A stretch of DNA of 10,203 nucleotides from an uncultured bacterium (GTDB lineage Bacteria; CSSED10-310; CAZUFC01). Made by a program: the position numbers and the translations under genes. The notes below the pieces were generated by a model, which had not been told where the DNA came from, ran no database searches, and was given only the letters and a program-made list of their open reading frames with translations. The stretch lies in contig CAZUFC010000208.1 of assembly GCA_964619725.1 (NCBI GenBank), positions 1-10,203 of the forward strand, written 5' to 3'. Shown here in pieces: positions 1 to 7,609 of the stretch. How positions within the stretch are numbered: position 1 is the stretch's first letter; each line of letters opens with the position of its first letter.

Positions 1-54
1 TGACTGTCCAGCATTAAATTTTGAATCGAGATTCGAGTTTATGGACAGGCACTA
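1..54. mobile_element. Short MITE/REP-like palindromic element, copy 1 (first base cut off by the window edge)
   Basis: (G)TGACTGTCC...GGACAGGCAC terminal inverted repeats followed by TA. 49/54 identical to the reverse complement of 10149-10202. Confidence 0.65.
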
Positions 55-127
55 AATAGAAGTTTTTTTGGGACTGCTCAAACCGGAGTTGCACTTCTTG
101 CAAAACTTTTGACAGTTCGTTTCAGTA

Positions 128-163
128 ATCAGGGTCGGGGTCGGGATCGGGATCGAAATCGAA
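128..163. repeat. Degenerate hexamer tandem repeat (RTCRRR x6)
   Basis: atcagg gtcggg gtcggg atcggg atcgaa atcgaa read directly from the sequence. Confidence 0.7.
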
Positions 164-380
164 ACATAATGATGCGATATTCTGCCGAATCCTAACCTCA
201 AAAGAGGTATTGTTGATCAATGTCGTTTTTCGATATTCTTTGCTTTTCTTTGAGTCCTTTTATCTGATATGAAAGAATCTATCCCGGCTTTAAAATGACG
301 GGATTTAAAGCTGTGTGTATTTCAACATTCATCATGCAAAAACAAACGCAAACCGACATTCTTCCAAAATTACTCTCAAC

Positions 381-944
381 ATGGAATTACCTCTAATTTT
401 TCTCATTTCACTCGGCCTGGCAATGGATGCTCTCACCGTATCCATCTGTTACGGTATGAATCTTCCCGGCAATCACACGAATCACGCTTTTTTCATCGCC
501 TTATCCTTCGGTTTCTTTCAGGCTGCCTTACCCGTGCTGGGCTGGCTTGCGGGAAAGAATCTAAGTTCACTGATCCAATCCGCGGACCACTGGATCGCCT
601 TCGGACTGCTTGCTTTCATCGGCGGAAAAATGATTTTCGATTCGACCGGTCAAAGAAACAATTGCGTCGACGAAAATTTCCGACTAACTGTTACTATGCT
701 CCTGGCCGCTTCCGTCGCTGTCAGCATTGATGCTCTTGCCGTAGGGTTGAGCTTCGCCCTGCTGAAAACGGCAATATGGCTCCCCGTCTTTATTATTGGA
801 GCGACGACGTTTGTTTTGTCATTTTTGGGAGTCATGATCGGGAAAAGCGCCGGCAAATTGTTCCGTCGCAATATGCAGATATTAGGCGGATTGATCCTGA
901 TCGGAATTGGAATAAAAATACTGGTGGAGCATCTTGCAGCCTGA
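381..944 (+). CDS. mntP: Manganese efflux pump MntP family membrane protein
   Basis: Motifs LAMDALTVSI, FGFFQAALPVLGW, DHWIAFGLLAFIGGKMI, SIDALAVG and C-terminal GLILIGIGIKILVEH. ATG at 381 gives 187 aa, typical of the family. The ORF-track start at 315 adds a hydrophilic leader that does not look like MntP. Confidence 0.93.
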   Translation: MELPLIFLISLGLAMDALTVSICYGMNLPGNHTNHAFFIALSFGFFQAALPVLGWLAGKNLSSLIQSADHWIAFGLLAFIGGKMIFDSTGQRNNCVDENFRLTVTMLLAASVAVSIDALAVGLSFALLKTAIWLPVFIIGATTFVLSFLGVMIGKSAGKLFRRNMQILGGLILIGIGIKILVEHLAA

Positions 945-1081
945 TATTTTTACATCATTTCAGGGACTGATCAAATGGCGCTGTAATTTTGCCGAGTCGC
1001 TTCTTCACTTATCAGCTCTAATCGCTGCTTTCCCCGGTTGATACGTCCTGGTAATCGTTTCAAAAAACCCGGCTATTTTTA

Positions 1082-3409
1082 TCATCGCCTCATTTCAAGT
1101 TTCGCCTTTAATTCTTTCAGCAGACGCTCATAATACGCATCGCTTTCCGAACCCTCAATCAGATTCTTCAGTTCATCAACTATCTCATTGAGGATACGCC
1201 GCGCTTCGTCTTTTCTGTTCATTGATTCCAATATTCTGATCCATCGATGTTTGTAATCAACGGCATATTTCGTTAAATCAGACCGGTCTTTCTTTTCCCG
1301 GAGACGCTCAATTATCTCCAGCGCTTTTTGCGACTCCGCCAGGGCTTCTTTATATTTCTTCATGGCTTCGAGTATCTCCGACTTCTCTTCCAATACTCTG
1401 GCGAATTCCAACTCAAATTCTCTTTGATCCTCTTTATTGATTATCGTATCGAGTATTTGAACGGCCTGATCGATCTCTCGATTCGCCTCCTGGTATCTCT
1501 TCAAACTTTTTAAGGCAGATGCTTTATTTGAATGAAGAATGCCTTTAATGTGCCTGTATTGAATCCTTCCCGCCTTATTAATGAGATAATTCCAGATTCC
1601 CAATGAATTATCATAGAGCGACAACGCAAAGACCGGATTCCCGGCAGAATTGTTCAGAACGCCCCAATTCAGATAGAGACGACCTAGAAAATTCATGTTC
1701 TCATCCGTTCTGTTTTGCTTCACCACGGCTTTAAACAATTGGACGCTCGTTCGACAAAGTTCAGCGGCTTCATCAAGCTTTCCCCTCTCGCTCATCAGGA
1801 GAGACTTATTCATAAAGGCCAGGGCCAGTTGTTTTTTGTATCTTCCTTGATATTTCGTATTCAGTTTTTGGAATAGAGAAATTGAAAGATCGAAATCCTG
1901 TTCCGCCTGCTCGATCTTCCGCATCTTATTCAATGATACGGCACGATTCATGATCGCCAGCGGCAGTTCATATTCTGCATTTTTATCGCGGGGATCGTTC
2001 ATCTTGACTCCCTGCCAGATAGTAATGCCGGCAGTGAAGCAGGTTACTGCATCGAAATAACGGCACATTGAATGCAACAGAGAGGCTTTATGCGCATAGG
2101 CAGCCGCCAGGGCTTTTTTTTGTGCGAAGGCGGGTTCATCCGATTTCAAAGTCGTCTTGTTTCGATGTTCAATCAACCTGTCGAAGGTTTGAAGAGCTCC
2201 GGGAGCATCATCCATGCCGATTTGAGCCCAGGCTTTATCCTGCAGGAATTCGCAGAATTCTTCTTCGACCTCTTCCCTACCGGATTCGATCAGAATTCTG
2301 TATATTTCGTCAGCATCTTCGAACTTCTCAAAATCTTCAATGGATTGAGCTTTTCTGGAGCCCTGCCGTGCAGAAAAGTGCAATTCTGCTTCCCAGGCAG
2401 GACGGCCCGCCTTCTCCAAAGCCCTTCTCAACCAGTATTGAGGGTCCCGCCATCTTCCGCCGTGTATGGTAATGCGATCATGAACGATTTTTTTAACGGT
2501 ATTGCCGGAGTCCACAGAATGATAGATTCGGGAATATGACGAACCGTATTTCTTTGCATACAGGGCTTTCAATACCTCCGTCGCTTCCAGGAAATTATCC
2601 CAGCGCTCTTTAACGTCAAGACGGAAACATTTTCTCAAAATATCCGCAAAATCATCAGGCATATAAAGAGAAGAAGACTCACTTTGTAAAGCCAGGAATT
2701 CCTCAAGGATACTCGCCGCTTCCGGTCCGAAATTCCAGGTAACTTTTCCCGTAAATATTTCCAGTATAGACAATCCCCAACTCCAGACGTCCGTTCTGTG
2801 GTCGAGCTTCTCGTACCGGCTCTGTTCAGGAGAACAGTAAGCTACGGTCATGCCCCGCGAACTGACGAGAGGAGACGACTCGCCGTTTTCGGCTGATGCG
2901 GCGCCCCGAACCTGCAGACCTCTGGCCCGTGATAACCCGAAATCGGTGACCTTGACGTTCCCGTCTTTACTGATCAGGACATTGGCCGGCTTTACATCCA
3001 TATGAACGACCCCGCACTCATGAGCAGCCTGCAGTCCCCAGGCGAATTGAATGGCGATATCCAGAACGTTCCTTAAATCCGTTAATTTCCCCTGCTGAAT
3101 CCAGCCTTTCAATGAGCCCCCGTCGACATATTCTGCAAAAATCGCCATTCGATCCTCTACCGTCCGGAAAAAACGGCATGCCGTCAGATGCGGATGCTCA
3201 GGAAGGTCGATCCACATCCGCAACTCATTGAATAGAGATCGCTTTACTTCACTGTCCGCTATCGCCTTCTCATGAAGCGTCTTAACGGCAAAGGGCTCCC
3301 CATCGCGCTTACGCCTTACCAGATAAACGATTCCCATAGCTCCCCGGCCTAAATAATCCTCGACTACGTAGTCCTCCAGCAACGTTTTACCCGGACGCCA
3401 ATCCTGCAA
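1082..3409 (-). CDS. Hanks-type serine/threonine protein kinase with C-terminal TPR-like helical repeats
   Basis: LGRGAMGIVY Gly loop, AVK, HMDVKPAN, DFG, TVAYCSPEQ, DVWSWG. The C-terminal half has repeated LAxAxMNxxxxL helical units. TTG start with GGAGGAGG Shine-Dalgarno immediately upstream. No transmembrane segment seen. Confidence 0.92.
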   Translation of the reverse strand: MQDWRPGKTLLEDYVVEDYLGRGAMGIVYLVRRKRDGEPFAVKTLHEKAIADSEVKRSLFNELRMWIDLPEHPHLTACRFFRTVEDRMAIFAEYVDGGSLKGWIQQGKLTDLRNVLDIAIQFAWGLQAAHECGVVHMDVKPANVLISKDGNVKVTDFGLSRARGLQVRGAASAENGESSPLVSSRGMTVAYCSPEQSRYEKLDHRTDVWSWGLSILEIFTGKVTWNFGPEAASILEEFLALQSESSSLYMPDDFADILRKCFRLDVKERWDNFLEATEVLKALYAKKYGSSYSRIYHSVDSGNTVKKIVHDRITIHGGRWRDPQYWLRRALEKAGRPAWEAELHFSARQGSRKAQSIEDFEKFEDADEIYRILIESGREEVEEEFCEFLQDKAWAQIGMDDAPGALQTFDRLIEHRNKTTLKSDEPAFAQKKALAAAYAHKASLLHSMCRYFDAVTCFTAGITIWQGVKMNDPRDKNAEYELPLAIMNRAVSLNKMRKIEQAEQDFDLSISLFQKLNTKYQGRYKKQLALAFMNKSLLMSERGKLDEAAELCRTSVQLFKAVVKQNRTDENMNFLGRLYLNWGVLNNSAGNPVFALSLYDNSLGIWNYLINKAGRIQYRHIKGILHSNKASALKSLKRYQEANREIDQAVQILDTIINKEDQREFELEFARVLEEKSEILEAMKKYKEALAESQKALEIIERLREKKDRSDLTKYAVDYKHRWIRILESMNRKDEARRILNEIVDELKNLIEGSESDAYYERLLKELKAKLEMRR

Positions 3410-3730
3410 TATCCTCCTCCTCTTTCCGTCTCTTATCCCAAGCTTTTTCTTGACTTAACGCGAATCGCTTCAGAATATTCAACATTCAACCACTATCTTA
3501 CCTGCTCATCAATCAATTTTTCAATACCCCGGTTCTACCGTCCTTTTTGAAAACCGGAACCGTCAAAAACTTTAAGATACAAAGAATAAAACCGTATTCT
3601 GAAAAAAATGAAAAATGATCGTTGTTTATGAACTGCGCCGGTGATCAATCGCTCCTGTTCGAAGGGGCACGATTGACCTGTTGAATGTATGATTAATGAT
3701 TGAGCGCTCAGAAAAAAGTCTATGGCGACC

Positions 3731-4972
3731 TCAATGATTCAAGCGGGTAGTCGGAGGCAGACGCTTGATGCGAACGTATCGCGGTATTCTTTTCTTCTCC
3801 TGCTTGAAGCCTTTCTTTCCCTTGTTTTTTCGCAACTTGAACGGACTCGGTTTGCTCTTCCTGAACGCGACCGCATCACCCAGTATCCTTACGACGTCCA
3901 TCATCATCTCAAACGTGATGCCCTCATAAAAAATTATTTTTTCGATTCTTAAAAGCGTCATTATTTGATGAAAATTCTTGAGCGGTATGCGATGATTGGT
4001 CAACCGCCTGTCATTTAATAATATATTCGAACCAGCAATTGAAAAAGCCACATTGCCGTTTTTCCTCAGCGGTTCCCTCATATCCAGAAGAAGGCTCCGA
4101 ACAGCCTCCTGCATCCTGGGATGCCTCTCAGGATAAAGTCCCGCCAAATGCACGGCAGTCTGGAAATTGCTGAGCAATGAACCGGCCCACTCGTCTGCAA
4201 GCGGGTCAATTTCATGGTCCTTCCCGTTGCGCTCTGTCGTATTGCATTGTTTGAAGCCGTCTTTTTTTTCTCCGGCTTCTATACAGCCCCTGTCAAGCAG
4301 CTCCATCGCAGCTTCCATCGCCAGATAAGGATGTATCTTTAAGACATCAGCGACTTCGTGTAAATTCAGCCGGCCGTCCAGCGCATTTAAAAAGCGGATG
4401 CTCTCCTCATCAAGCTCCTCAAAAAATTTAAAATCCGTATTCAGTTTAAGAACCAACTTAAAAGAAGCCAGATCAGGATGGAACGCCTTAATCTCGTCTA
4501 TCTCCTGCAAACAGGACAATATGACGTCTTCCATCCTTAAACGCACGTCAACCTCATATCGACTGTAAATGCACAAAACATCCGTAAACTCGAATTCTCC
4601 CTCCTCCCATCCCAGCATCTCAACCATGTTCATTTTTACGTAATTTTCCGCTGTTCGCCTTATTTTATCAGCGGTTAAATCAGTTTCCGCCGTCAAAATG
4701 TCCGATATATCGTGAGCTGAAGACTTCAGAACTCGTTTAATCCTCGAAAAATGATCCAAATTAATGTATTTATAACGCAGCAGATGATCCAGAAAAGTGA
4801 TGCTTCTGCCGTTTCTCTGCTGAATTAAAGTCCGAAGAACACCCCGACGGAGTTTTATTACGAAACGGTCCGAATGATTGCTCAGAACAAGATATCCGTT
4901 TTTTTGCTGATTTCCCGCCAACAGGCAGAAATCCGAAATATCCAATTCTTTTATGTTTCCTTTTAAGGACAT
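3731..4972 (-). CDS. DUF4388 (PatA-N-like) domain-containing protein
   Basis: N-terminal MSLKGNIKELDISDF...KNGYLVL and MLGWEEGEFEF match the DUF4388 pattern. These are followed by a wHTH-like LDGRLNLHEVA...LLDRGCIE segment and a C-terminal LYPERHP-type helical domain. Confidence 0.8.
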   Translation of the reverse strand: MSLKGNIKELDISDFCLLAGNQQKNGYLVLSNHSDRFVIKLRRGVLRTLIQQRNGRSITFLDHLLRYKYINLDHFSRIKRVLKSSAHDISDILTAETDLTADKIRRTAENYVKMNMVEMLGWEEGEFEFTDVLCIYSRYEVDVRLRMEDVILSCLQEIDEIKAFHPDLASFKLVLKLNTDFKFFEELDEESIRFLNALDGRLNLHEVADVLKIHPYLAMEAAMELLDRGCIEAGEKKDGFKQCNTTERNGKDHEIDPLADEWAGSLLSNFQTAVHLAGLYPERHPRMQEAVRSLLLDMREPLRKNGNVAFSIAGSNILLNDRRLTNHRIPLKNFHQIMTLLRIEKIIFYEGITFEMMMDVVRILGDAVAFRKSKPSPFKLRKNKGKKGFKQEKKRIPRYVRIKRLPPTTRLNH

Positions 4973-5157
4973 GAGGTTCCGATCAAGAATCCACCGTGTA
5001 ATGATATCGGATATTTTTCCAAAAAATTAAGCACAGAAATCTTTCGCCTTTTTGGGTCGTAATATGTCCTTCGTGCATCATTGAATTTCAAAATTTTTAA
5101 AAATGATGTAACATAAGAAGGACTGAGGCCGAATTTCAGCATTGAAAAGGAGCAAAA

Positions 5158-5586
5158 TTGAAAATCGAATGGTTGGATGACATTGCAATTGCAGACGTGG
5201 CGTTTCGGATAAACGCCGGCAATTTGGAAGAACTCTTTGAAACGGCAGCTTATGCACTGTTTGAGTCGATGATCGACCCTCGTACAATCGAAAATAAGAT
5301 TTCGCGAAAAGTTGAATTAAAGGGAGATACTGATGAGGAGCTTCTGTTCGACTGGCTTTCCGAATTGATTTACTTGAAGGATGCTGTACCGGCGGTTTTC
5401 AAGGATTTTAAGGTAAGGATCGAGCAGAAGGGTGAGGTTTTGCGGTTAAGGGCTGAATTGAGCGGTGATGAGATAAAGCCTGAAAAATACGATATTCATG
5501 TGGATGTGAAGGCCGTGACCATGCATGAATTTAAACTGGAAAAAACGGACGAAGGCTGGTCGGCGGTGGTTGTGCTGGACGTTTAA
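5158..5586 (+). CDS. Archease (RtcB activation cofactor)
   Basis: 142 aa with IADVAF, EELFETAAYALF, LLFDWLSELIY, VKAVTMH and terminal VLDV. TTG start after AAGGAG. Lies directly upstream of rtcB. Confidence 0.93.
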   Translation: MKIEWLDDIAIADVAFRINAGNLEELFETAAYALFESMIDPRTIENKISRKVELKGDTDEELLFDWLSELIYLKDAVPAVFKDFKVRIEQKGEVLRLRAELSGDEIKPEKYDIHVDVKAVTMHEFKLEKTDEGWSAVVVLDV

Positions 5587-5657
5587 ACAGGTATGCCGGG
5601 CCTCTATGGCGTTAGTCACGCCGGGTTGTCCTTCGCTTCAAGGGTAAAGGAGTCGTA

Positions 5658-7103
5658 ATGAAAACGAAAAAAATAAACGATTATTTATTTGAAATACCCA
5701 AAACGGAAAAGCCTGGAATGCAGGTTCCGGCCAGAATATATGCTTCTGAGAAGCTGATGAATCAGATGGATGAGGGCGTTTTCAAGCAGGTGACGAATGT
5801 GGCGTGCCTGCCGGGCATACAGAATTACGCTTATTGCATGCCGGACGGTCACTGGGGGTATGGTTTCCCCATCGGAGGCGTAGCCGCTTTCGACCTGCAG
5901 GAAGGCGTGATATCTCCCGGCGGGATAGGTTTCGACATTAATTGCGGAATGAGATTGATAAGAACGAATCTTCATTTAAAAGATGTCAAACCGAAACTGG
6001 ACGATCTTATCAACGAGTTATACAGACAGGTTCCGGCCGGCGTCGGCTCCAAAGGCATCGTCAAACTTTCCAAAAAAGAATTTCGTTCCGTAATGAAAAA
6101 AGGAGTCTCCTGGTGTCTGGAAAAAGGCTACGGATGGGCGGAAGACAGCGAATATGTGGAAGAATCGGGAGCATTGGAAGGCGCGGACCCGGATGCCGTC
6201 AGCCAGAGGGCTTATGAAAGAGGTTTGAATCAATTGGGAACGCTGGGTTCAGGCAATCATTACCTGGAAATACAAACCTTAAGGGAAGGCGATATTTTTA
6301 ATAGTGAGACGGCCCGGGCGTTCGGAATAGAAGAACCCGGCCAGATATTCGTCATGTTTCACTGCGGGTCGAGAGGCTTCGGACATCAGATCGGAACCGA
6401 TTATTTAAAATTGTTCACCAAGGTGATGCCCCGGTACGGACTTAAGTTGCTGGAAAAAGAACTGGCCTGCGCTCCAGCCAATTCACCCGAAGGAAAAAGA
6501 TACTACGGCGCCATGGCTGCCGCAGCCAACAACGCCTTCGCCAATCGCCAGCTCATCATGCACAGAATAAGAGAATCCTTCGCCCGTATATTCGGAAAGT
6601 CAGCGGAATCCCTGGGAATGAACCTGGTCTACGATGTGGCGCACAATATAGCGAAAAAAGAAAATTACAACATCAAGGGCCGGCCTGTGACTCTTCTCGT
6701 GCACAGAAAAGGAGCCACAAGAGCGTTCGGTCCGGGAAGCAATGAAATACCCGAAAAATATCGCCCGTACGGCCAGCCTGTTATCGTAGGCGGCTCCATG
6801 CAAACAGGTTCCTACCTACTGGCAGGAACCGAAGAAGCGGTCAAAACGACCTTCGGCTCATCCCTGCACGGATCAGGAAGAACCATGTCACGCGTCAAAG
6901 CCAGAAAAAGAATCCACGGAAGAGACCTACTGAACCAGATGAATCAGGAAGGCATCAAAGTAAAAGCGGTTTCCATGAGAGGCCTGGCTGAAGAAGCGGG
7001 GTTCGCGTACAAGGATATCGAGGAAGTAGTGAAAGTGGTCCACAATGCCGGCCTGTCGAAAAAAGTAGCCAAATTGAGACCTATAGCCAACATCAAAGGG
7101 TAA
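5658..7103 (+). CDS. rtcB: RtcB family 3'-phosphate/5'-OH RNA ligase (long, archaeal/eukaryote-like type)
   Basis: MPDGHWGYGFPIG, GFDINCG, GTLGSGNHYLE, HCGSRGFGHQ, YDVAHN, HRKGAT, HGSGR (His-GMP), EEAGFAYKDI and C-terminal LRPIANIKG. AAGGAG Shine-Dalgarno upstream. Confidence 0.97.
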   Translation: MKTKKINDYLFEIPKTEKPGMQVPARIYASEKLMNQMDEGVFKQVTNVACLPGIQNYAYCMPDGHWGYGFPIGGVAAFDLQEGVISPGGIGFDINCGMRLIRTNLHLKDVKPKLDDLINELYRQVPAGVGSKGIVKLSKKEFRSVMKKGVSWCLEKGYGWAEDSEYVEESGALEGADPDAVSQRAYERGLNQLGTLGSGNHYLEIQTLREGDIFNSETARAFGIEEPGQIFVMFHCGSRGFGHQIGTDYLKLFTKVMPRYGLKLLEKELACAPANSPEGKRYYGAMAAAANNAFANRQLIMHRIRESFARIFGKSAESLGMNLVYDVAHNIAKKENYNIKGRPVTLLVHRKGATRAFGPGSNEIPEKYRPYGQPVIVGGSMQTGSYLLAGTEEAVKTTFGSSLHGSGRTMSRVKARKRIHGRDLLNQMNQEGIKVKAVSMRGLAEEAGFAYKDIEEVVKVVHNAGLSKKVAKLRPIANIKG

Positions 7104-7161
7104 AATGGAAATAGGGGATCGAAGACCTGGCGGAAACTTTTTGAATAAAGTATTTAGCGTT

Positions 7162-7187
7162 CGCGAAATTTCACGAATTCACGCGAA
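7162..7187. repeat. Three CRCGAA units at 10-nt period
   Basis: cgcgaa 7162-7167, cacgaa 7172-7177, cgcgaa 7182-7187. One inverted copy, ttcgcg, at 7223-7228. Confidence 0.5.
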
Positions 7188-7292
7188 AAAGATGGTCATC
7201 GTAAAGGTCACGGGCGTTATGTTTCGCGGCCAATTGTTGAAAAAATCCGTTCCGGTTGCAGGATAAACGGCAGAAGTCCTGCAGCTTTTCAT
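7179..7292 (-). CDS. Possible 37-aa small protein or gene remnant (MKSCRTSAVYPATGTDFFNNWPRNITPVTFTMTIFFA)
   Basis: AGGAGG (complement of 7300-7305) sits 7 nt upstream of the ATG at 7292. No recognisable homology. Confidence 0.25.
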   Translation of the reverse strand: MKSCRTSAVYPATGTDFFNNWPRNITPVTFTMTIFFA

Positions 7293-7465
7293 ACGATTGC
7301 CTCCTGTTAAAATTTGAATTTGATATACAGGATCGAAAAGCGAAACAGAACAAGGTGGGCGACTGAGTGACTATTGACGATGAAGTTTTTTTCTCTGCCC
7401 CCTGGGAGACGGTTTTGATTCTTTATACTGCATTATTCAACTGGGTATGCGGAGTTTCCTTATCC

Positions 7466-7609
7466 GGTCGATCTTACGCTTTTCGCCCTGGAATTAACCC
7501 TGATCGCTCCTTAACCCTTGTCGATGCGAAGGCAGGCTGGAAGCTTGCGCATAGCAAACCTTTAAGTAAACCAAAAGTCGAATGCCAGGGCTGATCACGC
7601 AGATCGACC
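7466..7609 (-). ncRNA. Candidate structured RNA or ssDNA element: 144-nt long imperfect hairpin
   Basis: GGTCGATCT (7466-7474) pairs with AGATCGACC (7601-7609) and GCCCTGG (7485-7491) with CCAGGGC (7585-7591). Further nested helices run up to an apical stem near 7532-7548. About 7 extra G.U pairs form only on the minus strand. Confidence 0.45.

Noticed and set aside
1-54. CRISPR repeat
   Set aside because: Only two copies, 10 kb apart and inverted, with no spacer array or cas genes.
315-380. N-terminal extension of MntP from the ORF track
   Set aside because: Hydrophilic and unlike the family. ATG 381 gives the typical length and start.
945-1081. Bidirectional intrinsic terminator between mntP and the kinase
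   Set aside because: No compact GC-rich stem with an adjacent U-tract could be identified.
5081-5114. Sigma-70 promoter or TTGAA-T-TTCAA operator for archease-rtcB
   Set aside because: AT-rich region in which the candidate -35/-10 spacing is ambiguous and a 5-bp dyad is expected by chance.
5608-5622. GGCGT-TAGTC-ACGCC hairpin between archease and rtcB
   Set aside because: Only a 5-bp stem with no U-tract, which is too little to assign a function.
650-6803. Short overlapping ORFs (650-871, 776-970, 1328-1513, 2068-2472, 2072-2539, 3722-3952, 5078-5287, 5685-5975, 5942-6217, 6018-6233, 6600-6803)
   Set aside because: Antisense or alternate-frame shadows of well-supported genes, with no recognisable motifs.
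7466-7609. Retron msr-msd, tRNA or c-di-GMP riboswitch
   Set aside because: No reverse transcriptase in the window, no cloverleaf or T-arm stem, and GCAAACC is not followed by the GNRA/GACGCAAAGC elements.
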